From the NCBI GenBank assembly GCA_964631915.1, contig CAZWAS010000016.1, forward strand, positions 1 through 44,111: a DNA stretch of 44,111 nucleotides. The letters run 5' to 3'. The first letter of the stretch is position 1. Each line of letters starts with the position of its first letter. The stretch is from an uncultured Spirochaetales bacterium (GTDB lineage Bacteria; Spirochaetota; Spirochaetia; CAZWAS01). A program made the position numbers and the translations under genes. Positions 23,647 to 31,338 of the stretch are shown here, piece after piece. Below the pieces are notes generated by a model. That model searched no databases. It saw nothing but the letters and a program-made list of their open reading frames with translations, and was not told where the DNA came from.

Positions 23647-24648
23647 ATGAGCGATCTGAAAGGAAGAGATTTAAAAGGAATAGCCGATTTCTCGCGGGAT
23701 GAGATAGAGCTCACCCTCGAAGTGTCCAAGCTGCTGAAAATGGAACTGAAGATGGGCAAAGCCCACCGCCTCCTCGAAGGCAAGAGCCTCGCAGGCATAT
23801 TCGAGACTCCTTCTACGCGTACGAGCATTTCTTTCGAAACTGCTATGGTTCAGCTCGGCGGACATATGCACTATCTCGATCAGCACAGGCTCTGGGTCGG
23901 AGATGCCGGAGAAGAAGATTGGTACGACACGATTAAGACCATAGACCGCTATGTGGACGGAATAGCGTATAGGGCGGTTCGACGCGACCTTTTGGAACGC
24001 GCTGCTGAGCTGGCGAGCATACCGCTCATCAATGCATCCTGCCCTGTCGAGCATCCTTGTCAGGCCTTTGCCGATATCATGACCATGATCGAAAAAAAAG
24101 GTCCGGTGAGAAAATCCAAAATGGCTATGTGCTGGGGATACAGAAAAGCGAATCCTCCTGCAGGACTTACGAACTCGCTCATGTATATGGCGGGCAAACT
24201 CGGTTTCGAGTTCGTCATCGCCTGTCCCGAGGGATTCGATCCGGATATGAACATCAAAGCGGAAGCGGATAAGGAAGCGGAACTGAACGGCGGAAGCATA
24301 AAGATCGTGCGTTCCTACGAGGAAGCGGTGCGGGATGCGGACTTCATCAATGTGTACTCCTGGGTTTCTCCCGAAGTGTTCGCAAAGGGACCGGAAACGA
24401 ATTACACCGGAGGAGAGGAGTTCCAGGCGAAAAAAGCGAAACTCAAGAAAGAATGGTGCGTGACGAAGAAAATCGTGGATATGGCGAGCAAGGATTGTCA
24501 GGTTATGCACTGCATGCCCATATCAAGAAACAACGAAGTGACGGACGAAGTGCTGAACTCCGAAAAATCCATCATCTTCGATGAAGCGGAAAACAGGCTT
24601 CATACGGAAAAGGCGATCCTTGCCCTGCTCATGGGCGGATACAGATAA
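23647..24648 (+). CDS. OTC/ATC-superfamily carbamoyltransferase with non-canonical substrate motifs
   Basis: 333 aa. Has STRTS in place of STRTR, HPCQ and HCMP. The ornithine DxxxSMG loop is replaced by NVYSWVSPE. Confidence 0.8.
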   Translation: MSDLKGRDLKGIADFSRDEIELTLEVSKLLKMELKMGKAHRLLEGKSLAGIFETPSTRTSISFETAMVQLGGHMHYLDQHRLWVGDAGEEDWYDTIKTIDRYVDGIAYRAVRRDLLERAAELASIPLINASCPVEHPCQAFADIMTMIEKKGPVRKSKMAMCWGYRKANPPAGLTNSLMYMAGKLGFEFVIACPEGFDPDMNIKAEADKEAELNGGSIKIVRSYEEAVRDADFINVYSWVSPEVFAKGPETNYTGGEEFQAKKAKLKKEWCVTKKIVDMASKDCQVMHCMPISRNNEVTDEVLNSEKSIIFDEAENRLHTEKAILALLMGGYR

Positions 24649-24660
24649 GGAGCAGATTAT

Positions 24661-26685
24661 ATGGGGCTCGTGAACCTTGAAACAGGAGAAGAACAGCACT
24701 ACTCACTTCGGGAACTCGAAGAGTTCGCGAAAAGGATGCGGGCCCTCGATCTTGTGAGTATCCACGCTGCCGGTTCGGGACATCCGGGCGGGACTCTTTC
24801 TGTCATGGATATCGCCGCTGTCCTGTATCTCGACGAAGTGCGGTACAACCCACAGAATCCGAAATGGGACGGCAGGGATAGAGTATTCTTTTCCGCAGGG
24901 CACAAGGCTCCTGCTATGTACGCAGCGTTGGTGGAAGCAGGGTATTTCAGCGCGGAAGAAGTTGTGACGCTTAGAAAGATTGGAAGTCCCTTCCAAGGAC
25001 ATCCTCATGCTCCGGCTTTGCGGGGTATCGAAGTCTCGAGCGGATCCCTCGGTCAGGGTCTGGGTATCGCGGTCGGCTGCGCTCTTTCCGCGAAGATGAG
25101 CGGAAAAAGTTTCAGGGTGTACTGCGTTATGGGGGACGGCGAGCAGCAGGAAGGAAGCATCTGGGAGGCTGTCATGGCTGCGGCCCATTACGGGCTCGGC
25201 AATCTTTGCGCCATCATAGATAAGAATAAGCTCCAAATCGACGGATCGGTCAAGGATGTGATGAACCTCGACCCCATTGCCGAAAAGTATAGGGCATTCG
25301 GCTGGAATGTGGTGGAGACGGACGGTCACAGCATAGCCGCGATCAAGGAAGCTTTCGCCGAAGCGCGAAAGGCTGTAGGAAAACCGACCGTGATAATCGC
25401 CGAGACCATAAAAGGGAAGGGTGTATCCTTCATGGAGAACCAAGCGGGGTGGCACGGTGTCGCAACCAATTCGAGAGAACAGCTCGCTTCAGCGTTGAAG
25501 GATGTCGGATGCGCCGACTTTTCCCCTGAACGTGTCGACTATCTACTCGCCAAGGCCGCGGTGCATCAGAAACAGCAAGAAGAAAGCCTGAAGAAGGCGC
25601 TTCCTGTATTTTCGAAGGATTATTGGTGGAACGCCGGCCAGGATATGAAAGTGGATATGGTGCCGAATAGATTCGGATTCGGTGCCTGCCTTGCAAAGAT
25701 AGGCGACGATCCGAGGATCGTGACTATCCATGCCGATATCTCTCAGTCCATCAAGATTTCGGATTTTGAAAAGGATCATCCGGAACGAAAGACACGGGTG
25801 GTCAGTGTGGGTATAGCGGAACAGAACATGATGAGCGTCGCCGCCGGTCTTGCGCTCGAAGGGAAAATTCCGATAACAGGGACATACGGCGTATTCGCTG
25901 CAGGGAGACCCTGGGATCAGATTCGCACGACGATTTGCTACGACAAGCTGAACGTAAAAATCGCGGGAGCTCACGGAGGCATATCGGTAGGACCTGACGG
26001 AGCCACGCATCAGGCTCTTGAAGAACTAAACCTCATGACCGTGCTTCCCAATATGACATTCGTAGCCCCTTGCGATTCGCTGGAGGCGGAGCGACTTACC
26101 CGCATTTCGATTCTGGAAAAGGAAGGCCCTGTGTACATCAGGCTCGCCCGCGAGGCGACCCCTGTGGTTACGGACGAAAAAACCCCTCTCGTTCTGGGCA
26201 AAGCCAATATTGTACGCTACCGGCGTCGTTCCAACAGGTTCAAAGATGCGTTCGATGTTCTGCTCGCTTCCGATTACCGCAACGAACACGAAGATATAAC
26301 GATCATTTCCTGCGGCCCTCTGCTTTGCGAAGCAATGCGGGCCGCGTACATACTATCGGATGAGTTTGGCATAGAGGCGCGGGTGATCAACATGCATACG
26401 ATTAAACCGCTCGACGAAGAGGCGGTGGTGCGCGCATGTTCCGAAACTCGGGCGATACTCACCTGTGAGGAACATCAGAAAGGGGGGCTCGGCAATTTGG
26501 TGGCGGGAGTCGTGTGCAGAAACAAGGCGATCGATGCGCCGTTTGTTCTGGACATGATAGGCATCGAAGACAGGTTTGGAGAATCCGGAGGTCCCTGGGA
26601 GCTGATGATTAAGTTCGGTCTTACGGCCGAACATATTGTTGTAAAGGCCAAGGAATTGGTACAAAGGAAGAATGGGAGGCATTGA
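24661..26685 (+). CDS. Transketolase-family ThDP enzyme, single-chain fusion of the split N- and C-terminal type
   Basis: GSGHPGG and GDGEQQEG...IDKN (ThDP motif). A linker of about 60 aa joins these to the Pyr/C-terminal half (GIAEQNM, GPDGATHQ). Confidence 0.8.
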   Translation: MGLVNLETGEEQHYSLRELEEFAKRMRALDLVSIHAAGSGHPGGTLSVMDIAAVLYLDEVRYNPQNPKWDGRDRVFFSAGHKAPAMYAALVEAGYFSAEEVVTLRKIGSPFQGHPHAPALRGIEVSSGSLGQGLGIAVGCALSAKMSGKSFRVYCVMGDGEQQEGSIWEAVMAAAHYGLGNLCAIIDKNKLQIDGSVKDVMNLDPIAEKYRAFGWNVVETDGHSIAAIKEAFAEARKAVGKPTVIIAETIKGKGVSFMENQAGWHGVATNSREQLASALKDVGCADFSPERVDYLLAKAAVHQKQQEESLKKALPVFSKDYWWNAGQDMKVDMVPNRFGFGACLAKIGDDPRIVTIHADISQSIKISDFEKDHPERKTRVVSVGIAEQNMMSVAAGLALEGKIPITGTYGVFAAGRPWDQIRTTICYDKLNVKIAGAHGGISVGPDGATHQALEELNLMTVLPNMTFVAPCDSLEAERLTRISILEKEGPVYIRLAREATPVVTDEKTPLVLGKANIVRYRRRSNRFKDAFDVLLASDYRNEHEDITIISCGPLLCEAMRAAYILSDEFGIEARVINMHTIKPLDEEAVVRACSETRAILTCEEHQKGGLGNLVAGVVCRNKAIDAPFVLDMIGIEDRFGESGGPWELMIKFGLTAEHIVVKAKELVQRKNGRH

Positions 26686-28004
26686 TGGGAAAAGTAAGAA
26701 TTGTCCATTACATAAACCAGTTCTTCGCAGGTATCGGAGGAGAAGAGAAAGGCGGCTCTCCTTTGGAATTCTGCGAAGGGCCGAAAGGTCCCGGCATCGG
26801 ACTTACCCAGCTCATGGGTGCTGATGCCGAGATCGTACGTACGATCTGGTGCGGGGACAACCTCATAAATCAGGAACAGGAAAGAATCCTCAAAGACATC
26901 GAGAAACTTATCTTAGAAGCAAAACCCGATGTCGTGGTAGCTGGTCCCGCCTTCAACGCGGGTCGATACGGGCTTGCGTGCGGCATGGTGAGCAAATTGT
27001 GCACCGAAACGCTCAAAATACCCGCATTGACGGGGCTTTACCCTGAAAATCCTGCTGTGGAAATATACCGAAAGGATGCGTATATCTATCCCTGTTCAGA
27101 GACCGCCGCAGGCATGAGAAAGGATCTTCCCGGTCTCGCTAAGCTCGCAGTGAAGCTCGGCAAAGAGGGGAAGCTTGGACCTGCGAACATCGACGGATAC
27201 ATACCGCGCGGATACAGGTACAACGAATTCCTGGAAAAAAGCGCAGCGGAACGCTCGATCGCCATGCTCATGTCGAGGCTTCAGAACGGAAATCCGATAA
27301 CCGAAATACCGCTTCGGGGTTTCGAGCAGGTTTCTCCTGCTCCTCCGCTGAGGAATTTGAAGGAAGCGACTATTGCCATCGTCACCGGCGGAGGCATGGT
27401 TCCGAAGGGAAATCCGGATAAACTGAAACAGGCGTTTGCCGATTCCTTCGGTATCTACTCGATAGAGGGAATGACAGAGCTTCCCTCTGGCGATTTCAAA
27501 GGAATCCACGGCGGGTTCGATTCCACGTGGGTCGATCAGGATCCCGATCGGGTGGTGCCTGTGGATGTTCTCAGGGCAATGGAGAAGGAAGGCAAGTTCA
27601 AAAAACTGTTGAACGAATACTTCGCGTTGTGCGGCATCGGAACGAATGTTGCGATGAGCAAGAAGCTTGGTGCCGAGATAGCGGAGGAGCTTAAAAGAAG
27701 GGAGGTTTCAGCAGCTATTTATACCTCCACCTGAGGAACCTGTACTCGTTGCGTGTCAACGATGCAGAAAGAAGCCGAAAGAGTCGGCATCCCTTCGGCC
27801 CTTATAACGGCAATCCCTTCGGTCGCGAAATCTGTAGGAGTGAGCAGAATAATCACGGGCGGAGGAATTCCCTATCCGGTCGGAAACCCTTCCATGCCGC
27901 CCGACCGCGAACTGGAGTTCAGAAGACGTCTTGTAGAAAAAGCGTTGGAAGCGATTTCTTCGGAAATCAAGGAACCTACCGTTTTCAACGTGACCGTAGC
28001 CTGA
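26685..28004 (+). CDS. GrdB/GrdF/GrdH-family selenoprotein B (substrate-specific reductase subunit), with Sec encoded by in-frame UGA 27732-27734
   Basis: Track ORFs 26682..27734 and 27753..28004 are in one frame. The join reads IYTST-U-GTCTRCVSTMQKE, the family's U-x2-C-x2-C motif. N-terminus KVRIVHYINQFFAGIGGEEK. The start overlaps the transketolase stop (TGATG). Confidence 0.85.
27732..27734 (+). other. In-frame UGA selenocysteine codon (GrdB-like)
   Basis: Its position corresponds to the conserved Sec of selenoprotein B. The reading frame continues for 90 more codons of conserved sequence. Confidence 0.8.
27746..27762 (+). promoter_or_regulatory. Candidate bacterial SECIS hairpin
   Basis: UCGUUG-cgugu-CAACGA (6-bp stem) begins 12 nt after the UGA. 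The apical loop contains G and U, and the loop starts about 20 nt from the UGA. Confidence 0.45.
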
Positions 28005-28022
28005 GGATAAGAGGGGAATGCA

Positions 28023-29333
28023 ATGAAACTGGAACGCGGATATTTTACCATAAAGGACCTCCGTTTCGGGAATGGAACACATCTCGAAAACGGAATTCTT
28101 ACAATTAACAAAACGGAATTGAAAAACCATCTTCTGAAGGAAGATGTGAACAAAAACATACGGTCTCTCGAACTGGAAATCGTGAAACCGGGCGAAGACG
28201 CGAGAATCGTGCATGTGCTCGACACAGTGCAGGTCGGCGTGAAAGTGGAAGGCGAAGGAGAGTTCATGCCCGGCCACCTCTGCGATCCGACCATAGTAGG
28301 CAGCGGCAAGACGCATCTCATCACCAACCTTGCGGTCATGGAATGCGCGGAGCTTCCATGGGCCGGCAAATCGAGTCTCCTCTACGCAAGAGACGCCATA
28401 GTAGATATGGTCGGCCCTGCAGCCGGTTACTCTCCTTTTTCGCAGACGTTCAATCTCGTTCTGAGAATGGAGATGAAGGATGGCGCGAGCGATGTGGAAT
28501 ACGATGAGTCCGTCCGACAAGCTGGAATACAATGTTCCCGCTTTCTCGCGGAATTGATAAAGAATAAGACGCCGGATACATCGGAACTATTCGACTTTTC
28601 CCAAGAAGTCGATCCGTCATTGCCGAAAATCGCATATGTAACCCAGTGCCAGAACCAAGGAACCTATTCCAATACGTTCTTGTACGGAAAGGAAGTGAGC
28701 AACATTGTTCCTTACAACCTCAGTCCTACCGAAGTGATGGACGGCTGCATCGTGAGCGGCAATTATGTGTGGCCTTGTTTCAAAATTCCTTCCTTCATTC
28801 AGGCCAATCTGCCTGTGGTTATGGAACTTTCAAGGCAGCACGGCAAAACCGTCAATTTCGTGGGCGTCATCTTCGACCGAGGACATAACCACTCCCATTT
28901 CGAAAAGATGCGGGTTGCGAACATGGCGGCTGCTCAGGCGAGGAGGTTAGGGGCTCAGGGGGTGGTAATCTCGTGGGAAGGCGGCGGGAACGCCGCTACG
29001 GATGCCATGCTTACTATCCAAAGGTGCGAACGATGGGGTATAAAGGCAGTAGCATTCACCTTCGAGTTCGGCGGACCGGACGGTACGGAAGGGGTGCTTC
29101 TCGTGGATGATGTCCCTGAAGCGAAGTATCTCGTTTCTTCGGGATCTATTGAAAAACCTACCACGATCCCGAAAGTGAAACGGGTGGCAGGCGGAGACGT
29201 GCTTAGACTGCGCAAAGAGACAGGCGGTGCTCCGGAACCTGCAGATGTGGAACGCACGCTCGATAACATAACGCCGTTTTACTGTGGCGCAAACCAGAGC
29301 GGAATAGGAAGACTTGCGGGAGTGGGATACTAG
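28023..29333 (+). CDS. GrdE/GrdG/GrdI-family reductase subunit (proprotein-type partner of selenoprotein B)
   Basis: 436 aa. N-terminal pattern FTIKDLRFGNGTHLENGILTINK, mid-protein PTEVMDGCIVSGNY, C-terminal ...GVGY. RBS AGAGGGG. Confidence 0.75.
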   Translation: MKLERGYFTIKDLRFGNGTHLENGILTINKTELKNHLLKEDVNKNIRSLELEIVKPGEDARIVHVLDTVQVGVKVEGEGEFMPGHLCDPTIVGSGKTHLITNLAVMECAELPWAGKSSLLYARDAIVDMVGPAAGYSPFSQTFNLVLRMEMKDGASDVEYDESVRQAGIQCSRFLAELIKNKTPDTSELFDFSQEVDPSLPKIAYVTQCQNQGTYSNTFLYGKEVSNIVPYNLSPTEVMDGCIVSGNYVWPCFKIPSFIQANLPVVMELSRQHGKTVNFVGVIFDRGHNHSHFEKMRVANMAAAQARRLGAQGVVISWEGGGNAATDAMLTIQRCERWGIKAVAFTFEFGGPDGTEGVLLVDDVPEAKYLVSSGSIEKPTTIPKVKRVAGGDVLRLRKETGGAPEPADVERTLDNITPFYCGANQSGIGRLAGVGY

Positions 29334-29338
29334 GAGCA

Positions 29339-30520
29339 ATGCTCATGGAAGGAAAAGTCTTCGATATTATCATTGTTGGTGCGGGAACAGCGGGGTTTTC
29401 CGCAGGCATATACGGCGCCAGGGCCAAGCGGTCCACGCTCATACTCGACAAAAAGCGGCCGGGAGGCCAGGCTTCCACCACCGAAGTCATGGAGAATTAT
29501 CCTGGCTTCCCCGGCAGCATAGGCGGCAGGGAGCTCATGGATCGCTTCAGAGAACATGCGACGGAAATGGGCGCGGGCATCGAAAAGGCCGAAGTCACGG
29601 GATTTTCCGAAGAAAATGGCGTATACCTCGTGCACACAAAAGAGACGACGGTATACAGAGCCAAAAGTCTCATACTCGCCCCCGGCTGCGAACCGCGCAG
29701 GCTTGGTATTCCGGGGGAAAAGGAATTCTCCGGAAGTGGGGTGTCCTATTGTGCGACCTGCGATGCAGAGCTCTATGAAGGAGCGAAGGTTGTGGTCGTA
29801 GGAAGCGGAGACACCGCTGTGGAGGAGGCAAATTTCATAAGCAGGTTCGCCGAAGAAGTGATCATGATCGTGGTCCACGACGAGGGCGTGCTCGACTGCA
29901 ACAAGACCATGGCGGAAACCGCTTTGTCGAATCCGAAGCTCACATGGAAATGGAACAGGTCCATACTCTCTATCGAGGGAAAGGACGCCGTGGAAGGAGT
30001 GAAACTTAAGAACCTGAGGACAGGAACCGAAGAACAGGTCAGCTGTGACGGAGTGTTCATCTTCGTGGGTACCATCCCGCAGACCGGATTCATTGGCGAT
30101 TTTGTGGCCATGAGGAACGGTTTCATCGTTACGGACGACAAAATGGAAACCAACCGGCCCCTCGTCTATGCAGCCGGGGATGCGAGAGTGAAGGCGCTGC
30201 GTCAGGTGGTGACCGCCGCATCCGACGGAGCCATAGCCGCTTTTTTCGCGGACAAATCTTTAACCGAAATGGAAGAATTCGCGAAATCGGTCAAGAGGGC
30301 AGGGAAAGAATATCTACTATATTTTTATTCCCCGCCGGTGCAGATAAGCCTGGAGCTTTTCCCGGATGTCGAACGGAAAGCGGAAAAACTTGGTATTTCG
30401 CTTATAAAGTTGGATACGTTCAGATACAGAACCATAGCCGATAAATACGGTGTCAGTTCGGTTCCGCACCTCGTGCGTATAGAGGACGGTATCCTGAAAG
30501 AAGTTATACAGATAAACTAA
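29339..30520 (+). CDS. Thioredoxin-reductase-like flavoprotein with a C-terminal redox-dead thioredoxin-fold domain
   Basis: [17 protein letters not shown] redox pair, [22 protein letters not shown] replaces HRRxxFRAxK. The C-terminal ~85 aa are Trx-like ([10 protein letters not shown] where CxxC is expected; SSVPHLV cis-Pro loop). Alternative start ATG 29345. Confidence 0.8.
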   Translation: MLMEGKVFDIIIVGAGTAGFSAGIYGARAKRSTLILDKKRPGGQASTTEVMENYPGFPGSIGGRELMDRFREHATEMGAGIEKAEVTGFSEENGVYLVHTKETTVYRAKSLILAPGCEPRRLGIPGEKEFSGSGVSYCATCDAELYEGAKVVVVGSGDTAVEEANFISRFAEEVIMIVVHDEGVLDCNKTMAETALSNPKLTWKWNRSILSIEGKDAVEGVKLKNLRTGTEEQVSCDGVFIFVGTIPQTGFIGDFVAMRNGFIVTDDKMETNRPLVYAAGDARVKALRQVVTAASDGAIAAFFADKSLTEMEEFAKSVKRAGKEYLLYFYSPPVQISLELFPDVERKAEKLGISLIKLDTFRYRTIADKYGVSSVPHLVRIEDGILKEVIQIN

Positions 30521-30539
30521 GACAGAGGAGGTGATGCGA

Positions 30540-31001
30540 ATGCTCGAAGGCAAGAAGATAATCATCCTGGGCGACCGAGACGGTATACCCGGCGGTGCGA
30601 TCGAAGCGTGCCTCGCGGGAAAGAATGTCGAAATTGTGTTTTCCGCGACCGAGTGCTTTGTCTGAACGTCGGCCGGAGCAATGGACCTGGAAAACCAAAA
30701 GCGGGTGAAAGCCCTTGCAGAGCAGCACGGAAAGGAAAACATCGTAGTTCTCCTAGGCGGTGCCGATGCGGAGGCGAGCGGACTGATTGCGGAAACCGTG
30801 ATCGCAGGCGACCCGGCTTATGCAGGTACATTGACAGGGGTCCAGTTGGGACTCCCCACATTTCACATGCTCGAACCGGAAATAAAACAGGAAATAGACT
30901 CAGGCGTATATGAGGCCAACATCGGAATGATGGAGATGGTGCTCAACGTCGATGAAATCGTGAAGGAAGTGTCTTCCATCAGGAAAAAATTTCTTTCATG
31001 A
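30540..31001 (+). CDS. grdA: Glycine/sarcosine/betaine reductase complex selenoprotein A, with Sec encoded by in-frame UGA 30663-30665
   Basis: [18 protein letters not shown]...[23 protein letters not shown]. This is the GrdA CxxU motif. Track ORF 30681..31001 is the same frame downstream of the UGA. RBS GAGGAGG. Alternative start 30534. Confidence 0.9.
30663..30665 (+). other. In-frame UGA selenocysteine codon (GrdA)
   Basis: [17 protein letters not shown]. Conserved sequence runs on both sides in one frame. Confidence 0.85.
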
Positions 31002-31017
31002 AACGGAGAGATTTGTA

Positions 31018-31338
31018 ATGATAGAACTCGATAAGGATAATTTTGATCAGAAAGTGCTCGCTCATGCGGGCATTTTCTTGGTCGATTTCTGGAGCGATTC
31101 CTGCGAAACCTGCCTTGAAATGATGCCACAGATCGAGAAGCTCGAAAAGGATTTGGCCGGCAAGGTCGAATTCGGGAAAGTAAACATCCAGGGCAACAGG
31201 CGGCTTGCAATACGGGAAAAGGTGCTTGGTCTTCCTACAGTAGCCATCTATTCGAATGGTCAGAAGATTGCATCCTTTTCCAAGGAATTCACGGCGGAAG
31301 AAGTCAAAACAAAAGTCGAGGAGCTGATTCGTGGTTGA
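31018..31338 (+). CDS. trxA: Thioredoxin with a CETC active site
   Basis: 106 aa. FLVDFWSDSCETCLEMMP, cis-Pro loop GLPTVAIY. Confidence 0.8.
   Translation: MIELDKDNFDQKVLAHAGIFLVDFWSDSCETCLEMMPQIEKLEKDLAGKVEFGKVNIQGNRRLAIREKVLGLPTVAIYSNGQKIASFSKEFTAEEVKTKVEELIRG

Noticed and set aside
27753-28004. Track ORFs 27753..28004 and 30681..31001 as independent small genes
   Set aside because: Both are the in-frame continuations of selenoproteins (GrdB-like and GrdA) downstream of UGA-Sec codons.
30666-30700. A defined SECIS stem-loop for grdA
   Set aside because: Only 3-4 bp pairings could be drawn by eye (for example CCGG/CUGG). It was not reported as a feature and needs computational folding.
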